Below the pieces are notes generated by a model. The model did no database searches. It had not been told where the DNA came from and was given only the letters and a program-made list of their open reading frames with translations. Positions 17,834-26,530 of a stretch of DNA of 41,083 nucleotides are shown here, piece after piece (positions within the stretch are counted from its first letter, which is position 1; the number at the start of each line of letters is the position of its first letter). The position numbers and the translations under genes were made by a program. The stretch is from the NCBI GenBank assembly GCA_034003925.1, contig JAVEXR010000005.1, forward strand, positions 1 through 41,083, in the 5' to 3' direction. This DNA comes from Candidatus Moraniibacteriota bacterium. Its GTDB lineage: Bacteria > Patescibacteriota > Minisyncoccia > Moranbacterales > UBA9337.

Positions 17834-18361
17834 ATGTGTCTAATAATAGAAGTCATCTATGGTTTCAATGGTGATGTCTTAAGGGGCATTCTTGAGCTGG
17901 AAAAAAGAGTGTTTCCTTCTGACTGGCAATTTGAGGACGCCGAGAATTACTTTAAGGAAAAACTTGAGAATCCTCGAAATGTAAATATTGTCATGAAGGA
18001 TGAATGTGGTGGGATTGTTGGATATGCAATGTCTGTTCCATATAGTGATGCCCTCATAGAGATTGCAGAAGATGATCCAGAGATGTTAGCGATAGAGGAT
18101 TGCTACTATATTGAAGCCTTTGAGTTGGATCCTGAAAATCAGAAATTTAAAACATTTTCCCCCTTGTTGGAAAAATTGATTGATGAATCCATAAAGAGGG
18201 GGGCGAAAAAGTTGTCGATGCATGCCAGGGTCTCAGTAGGTGCCAGTAGTATTATAAGAAAACGTTTTAAAGGTAAGATAGTGATTGCTCGTAGGATTGA
18301 CAATTGGGTCAACTATGCCGGAAAAGAGCCAACCGACTACATTGTCGTGGATTGTTTTTAG
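17834..18361 (+). CDS. GNAT-family N-acetyltransferase-like protein
   Basis: 175 aa. GIVGYAMSV...YYIEAFELDPENQ...LLEKLIDESIKRGAKKLSMHA resembles the GNAT beta4-alpha3 core. A strong SD, AAGGAG, sits 4 nt upstream. Confidence 0.5.
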   Translation: MCLIIEVIYGFNGDVLRGILELEKRVFPSDWQFEDAENYFKEKLENPRNVNIVMKDECGGIVGYAMSVPYSDALIEIAEDDPEMLAIEDCYYIEAFELDPENQKFKTFSPLLEKLIDESIKRGAKKLSMHARVSVGASSIIRKRFKGKIVIARRIDNWVNYAGKEPTDYIVVDCF

Positions 18362-18369
18362 TTGATTTT

Positions 18370-18413
18370 GAGGCGTGAAGTTGCATTGCAGCTTCACGCC
18401 TCGTTTTATTTTT
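18370..18413 (+). terminator. Rho-independent terminator (GC-rich stem)
   Basis: GAGGCGTGAAG (18370-18380) pairs with CTTCACGCCTC (18392-18402), followed by GTTTTATTTTT. Confidence 0.8.
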
Positions 18414-18528
18414 GTTTGTGATATATGATAATATTAATTTAAGCTCGTTTTAGATAAAAAAATAGATTTTAAAAAAGACTTCGGCTACATTAAAATAGTC
18501 TGATTATTTTTCAGATAGGCGCTCTTTC

Positions 18529-18558
18529 TTGTGTTTAATTTTGTATTTATGGTATAAT
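18529..18558 (+). promoter_or_regulatory. Candidate promoter for the histidine kinase (extended -10)
   Basis: TTGTGT (18529-18534), 18-nt spacer, TGgTATAAT (18550-18558). The TTGTGTTT and TGGTATAAT blocks are the same as in the pilin promoter at 199-226. Confidence 0.5.
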
Positions 18559-18629
18559 TTTAGAAATAAAGATTTAAACTTTTTAATTCAATTTGATTAA
18601 TTGAATTAATTTAAAATAAAAATAAATAA

Positions 18630-20348
18630 ATGATTTGTCCAAGTTATTCAGATCCAATATATTTTTTATTTTCTACAGATGTTCCTGCTTTGCTTTATTA
18701 TTCTCATTTTACAGCTATTGGCATTTCCCTTTTATTGGGATTTTTTGTTTTTTTAAAAAACAGACAATCCTTAGAGGCAAAGATTTTATTTTTAATTTCA
18801 ATATGCTTTTCTTTTTGGGCATTTATAAATCTCATAACATGGACCAATAACGAGAGTAGTCTGATAATGTTTGTCTGGAGTTTTTTTGGGTTATTCTTTT
18901 CTTTGATTTGTATTCTTTCTTTTTATTTTGCATATGTCTTTGTTAACAAAAAAGATTTGCCAATGAAGATTAAAATTTTATTGGCGCTTATGTTTTTTCC
19001 TATAATATTATTTCTTCCAACCAGATATGCATTGATGAAGTTTCATACTAGCTTATGTGGAGTTGAGGAAGGTTTTTACTATACTAATTATTATTATATA
19101 TTGGGTTTGATAATCTTTTTTTGGAATTTAATTATCCTCTCTAAGGGTTATTTGAAATCTGACTATAATTTTAGAAAGCAAATATTAATATTTGGCACAG
19201 GAATTGAACTTTTTCTATTATCTTTTTTTTCTAGTGGATATATAGCTAGTCTATTCTTGGAAAATTCATATAATGTTGAGTTTGTTGGTTTATTTTTTAT
19301 GACATTTTTTATGGGAATGTTGACTTATATGATTGTGCGGTTTAAGACTTTTAATATTAAGCTTATTGGAGCTGAAGCTTTGGTGGTTTCGTTGTTCATA
19401 TTGGTTGCGGCGCAGTTTGCTTTCATTCGAAATCCAATTAACATGATTTTGAATGGAGTGGCTTTGTTTTTAATAACTATTTTCGGCTATATTTTAATCA
19501 GAGGTGTTAAACGAGAAATAGCGCAAAAAGAAGCCTTGGCTATAGCCAACGAGGAAATTAGTGAAAGAAAAGATCAATTGCAGAAAATTTCTGATCATTT
19601 GGCAATAGCTAATGATAAGCTTAAAGAATTGGATACAGCCAAGACAGAATTTGTTTCTATAGTGGCGCATCAACTCCAGGGTCCACCTACTACTGTAAAA
19701 GGTTATTCTACGCTTTTATTGGAAGGTTCTTATGGAGAAATAAATGCTGAGCAAAAAGATGTTTTGCAAAAAATATTTAATGCTAACGAGCAACAGATTG
19801 AATTCGTAAATGATTTATTGAGTGTTTCTCGATTGGAGTCTGGCAGGGTTATGTTTGATTTTGATAATTGTCAGATTCAAGAAATCTGCCAAGAGGTTAT
19901 TGATAATTTATTTATTAAAGCCAAAGATAAAGGTTTATATTTAGAACTCATTAAATCAGATGAGTTAATTCCCGAAGTTAAAATTGATAGAGCTAAGATA
20001 AAAGAAGCTATCACAAATTTAGTAGACAATGCTGTTAAATATACAAAGCGTGGTGGGGTAAATATTTCTCTTCAGGTTTGTTCTCTGAAAAATGACAAGT
20101 GTTTGCCAAATAATCATTTGCGAATAACAGTTTCAGACACGGGAATAGGTATTCCAGCTGACGAAATGCCTAGGATGTTTTCTAAGTTTTCTCGAGGTAA
20201 AGATGTAAAAAGATTAAACGCTGGCGGGACTGGGCTGGGTCTTTATGTGGTTAAGATGATTGTAGAGGGAAATAAGGGTCAGGTTTGGATAGAATCTGAC
20301 GGAAATAATAAGGGTTCGAGGTTTATTATAGAATTGCCGATAGCATAA
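18630..20348 (+). CDS. Sensor histidine kinase with large polytopic N-terminal sensor domain
   Basis: About 290 aa of TM helices, then a coiled coil, an H-box (FVSIVAHQLQGP), an N-box (DNAVKYT), a G1 box (DTGIGI) and a G2 box (GGTGLGL). Confidence 0.92.
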   Translation: MICPSYSDPIYFLFSTDVPALLYYSHFTAIGISLLLGFFVFLKNRQSLEAKILFLISICFSFWAFINLITWTNNESSLIMFVWSFFGLFFSLICILSFYFAYVFVNKKDLPMKIKILLALMFFPIILFLPTRYALMKFHTSLCGVEEGFYYTNYYYILGLIIFFWNLIILSKGYLKSDYNFRKQILIFGTGIELFLLSFFSSGYIASLFLENSYNVEFVGLFFMTFFMGMLTYMIVRFKTFNIKLIGAEALVVSLFILVAAQFAFIRNPINMILNGVALFLITIFGYILIRGVKREIAQKEALAIANEEISERKDQLQKISDHLAIANDKLKELDTAKTEFVSIVAHQLQGPPTTVKGYSTLLLEGSYGEINAEQKDVLQKIFNANEQQIEFVNDLLSVSRLESGRVMFDFDNCQIQEICQEVIDNLFIKAKDKGLYLELIKSDELIPEVKIDRAKIKEAITNLVDNAVKYTKRGGVNISLQVCSLKNDKCLPNNHLRITVSDTGIGIPADEMPRMFSKFSRGKDVKRLNAGGTGLGLYVVKMIVEGNKGQVWIESDGNNKGSRFIIELPIA

Positions 20349-20414
20349 AAGCATTTTTAGTATATTATATCATGTTAACATTTTAGTAATAAATCATAAT
20401 TGAGTTGATTTTTT

Positions 20415-20444
20415 AAAAGTATATATCCAGGTATATACTTTTTA
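20415..20444 (+). terminator. Rho-independent terminator after the kinase gene
   Basis: AAAAGTATATA-TCCAGG-TATATACTTTT. Confidence 0.65.
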
Positions 20445-20515
20445 TTTGGTTGGTAAAATGCTCACCTAAAAAGTGGTCATTGTTAATATGTTAACGTGAT
20501 AAAATGCTTCTCCTC

Positions 20516-20544
20516 TTGATAAAAAAAGAAATCCAGGGCATAAT
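20516..20544 (+). promoter_or_regulatory. Candidate promoter for aspS
   Basis: TTGATA (20516-20521), 17-nt spacer, CATAAT (20539-20544). Two further TGnTAAAAT elements lie upstream at 20451-20459 and 20497-20505. Confidence 0.4.
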
Positions 20545-20602
20545 GTATTTTAGTAATATAAGTGGTAAAAATGATTACCGTTAAAGCAATAAAACTGTAA
20601 AT

Positions 20603-22396
20603 ATGAGGACACATACATGCGGAGAATTAAATAAAAAGAATGTGGGCGAAAACGTGACTTTGGCTGGTTGGGTGCACAGGCGCAGAGACCATGGTGGGAT
20701 AATTTTTATCGATTTGAGGGACCGTTACGGACTAACTCAAATTAAATTTGATCCAGCAATTAATAAGGAAGCTTGGCAGGAAGCCGATAAATTGAGAGGC
20801 GAATGGGTGATTAAGGCTAGCGGAAATGTTTTAGCTCGTCCAGATGATATGCTTAATTCAAAGCTAAAAACAGGGGAGATTGAAGTAGGCATTGATGCTT
20901 TGGAAATTTTAAATAAGTCAAAAACTCCTCCCTTTGAAATAGATGAAGAGAAATCTGAAGAGGCTAATGAAAACTTGCGACTGCAATATAGATTTGTGGA
21001 TTTAAGAAGACCAGAACTACAAAAACTTCTAGCTTTGAAAGATAAATATATTCAATATATGCGAGATTATTTTCATAATCTTGGATTTATTGAAGTGCAA
21101 ACTCCTATTTTGGCCAACTCTTCTCCAGAGGGAGCCAGAGATTTTTTGATTCCTTCTAGATTGCATCCGGGAAAGTTTTATGCTCTCCCTCAAGCGCCAC
21201 AACAATTCAAACAACTTTTAATGGTGGGTGGCATGGATAAATATTTTCAAGTAGCTCCTTGCTTTAGAGATGAAGATCCTCGAATGGATAGGCACTATGG
21301 AGAATTTTATCAATTGGATATGGAAATGAGCTTTGTGAGCCAAGAGGATATTTTTGAGATTATGGAACCTCTGATGATTGAAATTACTGAAAAATTTTCT
21401 AATAAAAAAATAATCAATCTAAAAGAAGATGGTAGATTTGTACAATTGCCTTGGCGAGAAGCTTTGACAAGATATGGAAGTGATAAACCAGATTTGAGAT
21501 TTGATTTGGAAATTAAACCTATCACAGAAATGGTAAAGGGCTGTGGTTTTTCTGTATTTGCTGAGGTAGCTAAAAAAGATGGTGTGGTACACGCTATGAA
21601 AGTTGATGGAGGCGCTAAGTTAACCAGAAAAGAAATTGATGAGTTGACTCAATTGGCTATAAGTAAGGAGGCTAAGGGGTTAGCTTATATAATTGTTAAG
21701 GAAGGTGGTGAATTGCAATCCCCGATTGTTAAATTTTTAGGAGATGATTTAGCTAGCAAAATTGTAAATAAAATGGGGGCCAAAGCGGGAGATATTATTT
21801 TCTTTGGAGCGGATACCTGGAAAGTTGTGTGTGCCAGTTTGGGGGCGGTCAGAAATGAATGTGCTTTAAAACTTGGACTAAAAGATAATACTAAGGCAGC
21901 CTGGTGTTGGATTGTAGATTTTCCGATGTATTCTTATTCTGAATTGGATCCAAGGAAAATTGATTTTGAACATAATCCCTTCTCTATGCCTCAGGGAGGA
22001 ATGCAAGCGCTGGAAGAAAAAAATCCTTTGGAAATTTTAGCTTATCAATACGACTTAGTTTTAAACGGTTTTGAAGCTTCCAGCGGAGCGATTCGAAATC
22101 ATAATCCGGAAATAATGTATAAAGCTTTTGAAATAGCCGGTTATGCTAAGGAAGAGGTGAATACTCGTTTTGGAGCTTTGATTAAAGCTTTTCAATATGG
22201 AGCTCCACCACATGGAGGTAACGCCCCTGGAATTGATAGAATTTTAATGGTGCTTTGTGATCTTGATTCTATTCGAGATATTTATGCTTTTCCCAAAGAC
22301 GGAAGAGGCAGGGACTTGATGATGGATAGTCCTGGGGAGGTAGATGGTAAATTACTCAAAGAGGTAAATATAAAAACCATAAAGCATGGAGCATAA
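20603..22396 (+). CDS. aspS: Aspartate-tRNA ligase (bacterial type)
   Basis: MRTHTCGELNKKNVGENVTLAGWVHRRRDHGGIIFIDLRDRYG, class II motifs (FRDED..., GAPPHGG.A.G.DR) and the bacterial insertion domain. Confidence 0.97.
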   Translation: MRTHTCGELNKKNVGENVTLAGWVHRRRDHGGIIFIDLRDRYGLTQIKFDPAINKEAWQEADKLRGEWVIKASGNVLARPDDMLNSKLKTGEIEVGIDALEILNKSKTPPFEIDEEKSEEANENLRLQYRFVDLRRPELQKLLALKDKYIQYMRDYFHNLGFIEVQTPILANSSPEGARDFLIPSRLHPGKFYALPQAPQQFKQLLMVGGMDKYFQVAPCFRDEDPRMDRHYGEFYQLDMEMSFVSQEDIFEIMEPLMIEITEKFSNKKIINLKEDGRFVQLPWREALTRYGSDKPDLRFDLEIKPITEMVKGCGFSVFAEVAKKDGVVHAMKVDGGAKLTRKEIDELTQLAISKEAKGLAYIIVKEGGELQSPIVKFLGDDLASKIVNKMGAKAGDIIFFGADTWKVVCASLGAVRNECALKLGLKDNTKAAWCWIVDFPMYSYSELDPRKIDFEHNPFSMPQGGMQALEEKNPLEILAYQYDLVLNGFEASSGAIRNHNPEIMYKAFEIAGYAKEEVNTRFGALIKAFQYGAPPHGGNAPGIDRILMVLCDLDSIRDIYAFPKDGRGRDLMMDSPGEVDGKLLKEVNIKTIKHGA

Positions 22397-22504
22397 AACT
22401 GTGTGATGATATTATGATACTGGCGCATTGTTTATTGATGCAAGTGTAGATTGTAGCTAGCTAGACGGAAATTGTTTAAATTTTTTATACATAAATTTTG
22501 TCTT

Positions 22505-22885
22505 ATGGAACAAACACAAGGTAAAAAAATATTAATGATAGAAGATGAAGATGTTTTTATTGATATGTTTGGGGGTAAATTGACTCAAGATGGTTTCGAT
22601 GTGACTTTTGCCAAAAATGGAGCGTGGGGCATCAAAGAGGCAACAGAACAAACTTTTGATTTAATTGTAGTGGATATGGTGATGCCAGCCATGGGAGGCG
22701 AAGAAATAATCAGTAGATTAAAATTAGAAGAAGAAACTAAAAATATTCCAATTGTGGTTTTATCAGCTTCAGTAGATAATGAAACCAAGGAAAGAATAGA
22801 GACGATGGGAACAGCAGCTTTTTTTCTAAAAACACGCATTGTGCCCAGTGAGCTTTCAGAAAAAATAAGAGAAATATTGCAATAA
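22505..22885 (+). CDS. Stand-alone response regulator receiver domain (CheY-like)
   Basis: From the ATG at 22505: KKILMIEDED...LIVVDMVMPAMGG...PIVVLSA...K. It has the acidic pocket, the phospho-acceptor Asp, and conserved S and K. There is no output domain. Confidence 0.88.
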   Translation: MEQTQGKKILMIEDEDVFIDMFGGKLTQDGFDVTFAKNGAWGIKEATEQTFDLIVVDMVMPAMGGEEIISRLKLEEETKNIPIVVLSASVDNETKERIETMGTAAFFLKTRIVPSELSEKIREILQ

Positions 22886-22896
22886 AAATTCAATGC

Positions 22897-22929
22897 AAAA
22901 ACACCGAAATAAAAAATCGGTGTTTTTTT
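22897..22929 (+). terminator. Rho-independent terminator
   Basis: AAAAACACCGA-AATAAAAAA-TCGGTGTTTTTTT. Confidence 0.75.
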
Positions 22930-23030
22930 AAAGGCTAATTTATTAAATTATAAAAAATTAATTTCTAATTGTTTTCTTTTTTGTCTTTTTGGTGTAAAAT
23001 TAAAATGGAATTTTTCTTTAAGGAGGAAGG

Positions 23031-24425
23031 ATGAAAATAAAAAAAATACTTAAAAATAAAATTAAATATTCCCCCCGAGGAGTTTCTTTGATAGAGGCGT
23101 TGATTTTGATTTTTATTTTTTCAGTAGTGACAATGTCTTTTTACTCCGTCTTTGCGGTGGGCACAAAATATATCTTAAATTCTAAAAATAAAATAATTGC
23201 AACATCATTAGCTAATGAAAGGATGGAGATGCTTCGCAATTTAGCTTACAACAATGTAGCAACGATAGCTGGTATCCCCAATGGTCCTATTGATCCGGAT
23301 GAGACGGTTACAGTGGGTGACAAAACTTTTCGAGTCACTACTGATATAAGATTTCATGATGATCCAGATGATGGAGTTGCTGGCGGATCCCCTAACGATA
23401 GTGTTCCCACTGATTATAAAATTGTAGAGGTGATAGTTCGTTGGGGAGGGGAAACAGAAAGTGAAAGGTCTACGTTAAGCTCTAGATTCGTGCCCCCAGG
23501 GGTGGAGAGTTCTGTGGGCGGTGGAACTTTTTCTATTAATTCCATCGATTATGCTGGCAATCCAGTTCCTAATGTTAATGTTAACATTTTTAATGATCAG
23601 GTATCACCTAGCGTTAATTATTCTACTCATACAGATAGTAATGGAAATCTTCTCTTGCAAGGAGTTCCAGCTGATTCTGTCCAAAACTATAAAATTACCA
23701 TGAATAAATTAGGTTATGAAACGGTAGTAACTTATTCTCCTTTGACCGCGGGTTTTTTACCCGAGGATGCACATAGTAATATTATTGAAGGAGCTTTAAA
23801 TGAAAAGACTGTAATAATCGACTTACTTTCTGATGTGGCAATTAATTCTAAGAATTCATTCGGAGAAGATCTTCCCGGCGTTACTCTCGATATGACTGGT
23901 GGCAGAAGATTGGATGATGGCACAGTTTCTCCTGGTGTATACAGCTATATGGATGTAGTTACTACTGATAGTAATGGAGAATTTTCAGTGAATGACATAA
24001 ATGCTGGTACATATACTTTGGGAGGATTCACTTTTTCTAGTGGGGATTACACATTTAGGAAAATTGTTAATGGGAGTGATTTGGTAACTAATACTTTTAA
24101 TTTAGTACCAGGCGCAAGTTTTTCTACGGAAGTGATATTCATGGATAACAATATAGATTCAGCTTATGTAATCATAAAAGATGCGAGCACCACATCAGTT
24201 ATCGCTGGAGCAGAGGTCAAACTTAGTAATATTGCACTAAGTTATGATGTGACTTTAATTACCGATAAGTATGGTTGTGTTTATTTTCCTGAAGCTATTA
24301 TTGCACCACTTGTAAACGGAGAAACCTATGAAATATCAGTTTCGGCCACTAATTACCAAAATAAAACAGATAATATTATTATAAATAAACTTACTACCAA
24401 AGAAATATCTTTGGATGCAATTTAA
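23031..24425 (+). CDS. Large pilin-like protein with prepilin N-terminus and repeated carboxypeptidase-regulatory-like (Ig/transthyretin-like) domains
   Basis: PRGVSLIEALILIFIFSVVTMSFYSVF is a class III signal. Three segments of the type G.V.V....TDSNG.F....G.Y fit CarboxypepD_reg-like folds. A strong SD, AGGAGG, lies at 23021-23026. Confidence 0.8.
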   Translation: MKIKKILKNKIKYSPRGVSLIEALILIFIFSVVTMSFYSVFAVGTKYILNSKNKIIATSLANERMEMLRNLAYNNVATIAGIPNGPIDPDETVTVGDKTFRVTTDIRFHDDPDDGVAGGSPNDSVPTDYKIVEVIVRWGGETESERSTLSSRFVPPGVESSVGGGTFSINSIDYAGNPVPNVNVNIFNDQVSPSVNYSTHTDSNGNLLLQGVPADSVQNYKITMNKLGYETVVTYSPLTAGFLPEDAHSNIIEGALNEKTVIIDLLSDVAINSKNSFGEDLPGVTLDMTGGRRLDDGTVSPGVYSYMDVVTTDSNGEFSVNDINAGTYTLGGFTFSSGDYTFRKIVNGSDLVTNTFNLVPGASFSTEVIFMDNNIDSAYVIIKDASTTSVIAGAEVKLSNIALSYDVTLITDKYGCVYFPEAIIAPLVNGETYEISVSATNYQNKTDNIIINKLTTKEISLDAI

Positions 24426-25071
24426 TCTTAAAGTATTGAATAAATTTAATTTTAAAAAAATATATAAAAAATCTTGTTTTTCAGTTAGACGGGGAATGAC
24501 TTTTTCTGAAGTAATCGTTACTATTGGAATATTTTCTATTATTATGGTTGGGATAAATCAACTCTTTGTTAAATCTTGGAAAAATTATAGTTTAATTGTA
24601 CACACTAGCGAATCTTCTATAGCAGCCAATCAAGGGGTTAATGGAATTATTAATGTTTTAAGAAGGTTGGGCGCGGGTGATGATGGAAGCTATGCGATAG
24701 CTAGTGTTGGTAGTTTTGATTTAAAAATTTATAGTGATATAGATAATGATGGAGTATCGGAAAAAGTCCATTATTATTTAAATGGTACCGATTTAATGGT
24801 AGGGAAAAGTAATCCTAGTGGATTTCCTGTGACTTATCCTGCTTCAGATAGTGAGACAGAAGTTTTAATTAAAAATGTGGTCAATGGTGGGACTCAGCCA
24901 ATATTTTATTACTATGATGGAGAGAATAATACAATGAGTGATCCAGCCAGTAGTTTAAATGAGATTAGAATGATTGAGGTAAATCTTTTCATTCAGCGCA
25001 ATGAAGGAGATTTAAATATAGAATCCTACGCTTCGCTGCGTAATCTAAGTGAGCACGATACTATAAAATAA
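24415..25071 (+). CDS. Pilin-like protein (prepilin-type N-terminus)
   Basis: RRGMTFSEVIVTIGIFSIIMVGINQLF. The gene overlaps the upstream gene by 11 nt. Confidence 0.8.
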   Translation: MQFNLKVLNKFNFKKIYKKSCFSVRRGMTFSEVIVTIGIFSIIMVGINQLFVKSWKNYSLIVHTSESSIAANQGVNGIINVLRRLGAGDDGSYAIASVGSFDLKIYSDIDNDGVSEKVHYYLNGTDLMVGKSNPSGFPVTYPASDSETEVLIKNVVNGGTQPIFYYYDGENNTMSDPASSLNEIRMIEVNLFIQRNEGDLNIESYASLRNLSEHDTIK

Positions 25072-25077
25072 ACTTTT

Positions 25078-26502
25078 ATGAAAAATTTTAATAAAGCTAA
25101 AGGTTCAATTTTGGTGTATACCCTAATAATAATTACGATTGTTTCCATATTTCTTACTGCCTCTTTGAAAGTGGTGGTAAGTAATATACAATTCGGGATT
25201 AACCGCGAATCCAAAGAAGAGTCGTTGCAGATAGCTGAAGCAGGAGTATATTTCTATCGTTGGTATTTAGCTCATCAAGTAGCAGGATTAACTAAAAAAC
25301 AAATACGACAATTTTGGGCGTCAGGCACTGCTTATGGTGTAGGTACAGCTTATGAGGATGATTTTAATGGAGTGGGCGCTTATAGTATCGAGGTTATTCC
25401 TCCAACATCTAACTCGACTATTGTTATCGCTCAAATAACAGGTTGGACATACAAAACTCCAGAGCTTAAGAGAATAATAAAAGTTCGTTTTCGGCAACCT
25501 TCTTGGAGTGAATATTCAGTTTTGTGTGATTCTGATATTCGTTTTGGTGAGGATACTAATGTGTATGGACCCCTACATTCTAATGGTGGAATCAGATTTG
25601 ACGGGGTGGCACATAACGTAATAAGTAGCGGTTTGGCTACTTATAATGATCCTGATCATTTTGGGGCGGATGAGTTTGGTGTGCATACTCACGATATTCC
25701 TGTAGATCCACTTCCGCCTAGCGCAGTACCAGCACATAGCGATGTGTTTATGGCAGGGAGGGAATTTCCAGCTCCAGTTAAGGATTTTAATAGTGTTGTG
25801 TCCGATATCGCAGATATGAAAAGTGAGGCAGGTTGTCCCAATGTGGGTTCTGTTTGTACCGGTGATGTTAATGGTATGAGTTCTTCGGCTAATGGAATTT
25901 ATTTTAATAATGCTAATTATGGTAGGCACATAGTTCTTAGAACAGACGGAACAATGCGAGTTTATCGAGTGACTAATTATAATACCACTTCAAATGATTG
26001 GACGAATCAGTCATCTTACACCTCTTATGCTATTCCTAATGATGGAATAATTTTTGTAGAGGATAATGTTTGGATAGATGGTCAGATAAATGGTAAGAGA
26101 GTTACGGTAGTTGCTGCTGATTTATCGGGTGGAGGAAGTAAGGATATTTTCATTAAGAATGATTTGCTCTATACTAATTATGATGGTAGTGATATTATTG
26201 GTTTAGTAGCGCAGAGGAATATAGACGTAACTAGAGGTAGTGAGGAGGATTTGAGAATAGATGGAGCTCTTTTGGCGCAAAGCGGAAGAATAGGAAGAGA
26301 GCAATTCAGTTCATCTTATAATAGGGATGTTATTACAGTAAATGGTTCCCTAGTTACAAAATTGAGATACGGTTTTGCTTATACTGATGGGACAGGCTAT
26401 ATTAATAGAAATTTAATTTTTGATAATAATTTGTTATATTATCCTCCACCTTATTTTCCTACAGGTACTGATTATGCTATAGACTCCTGGGAAGAATTAT
26501 AA
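25078..26502 (+). CDS. Large PilX-like pilus-associated protein
   Basis: The N-terminus KGSILVYTLIIITIVSIFLTASL is an anchor without Glu5. The 440-aa C-terminal domain belongs to no family I recognise. The gene lies within the pilus cluster. Confidence 0.65.
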   Translation: MKNFNKAKGSILVYTLIIITIVSIFLTASLKVVVSNIQFGINRESKEESLQIAEAGVYFYRWYLAHQVAGLTKKQIRQFWASGTAYGVGTAYEDDFNGVGAYSIEVIPPTSNSTIVIAQITGWTYKTPELKRIIKVRFRQPSWSEYSVLCDSDIRFGEDTNVYGPLHSNGGIRFDGVAHNVISSGLATYNDPDHFGADEFGVHTHDIPVDPLPPSAVPAHSDVFMAGREFPAPVKDFNSVVSDIADMKSEAGCPNVGSVCTGDVNGMSSSANGIYFNNANYGRHIVLRTDGTMRVYRVTNYNTTSNDWTNQSSYTSYAIPNDGIIFVEDNVWIDGQINGKRVTVVAADLSGGGSKDIFIKNDLLYTNYDGSDIIGLVAQRNIDVTRGSEEDLRIDGALLAQSGRIGREQFSSSYNRDVITVNGSLVTKLRYGFAYTDGTGYINRNLIFDNNLLYYPPPYFPTGTDYAIDSWEEL

Positions 26503-26530
26503 AAATAAAAATAAAACATAGTACAAAATA

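Noticed and set aside
15950-18361. A clear GC-content jump as proof of horizontal transfer.
   Set aside because: Spot counts by eye gave about 38-45% GC here. Conserved housekeeping segments such as gatA reach similar local values, so composition needs a proper windowed calculation. I rely on expression signals and protein type instead.
20540-20602. A T-box riboswitch upstream of aspS, suggested by AGTGGTA...TACCG.
   Set aside because: The conserved T-box sequence (contiguous GGGTGGTACCGCG-like) and a specifier-loop architecture are absent, and the leader is too short.
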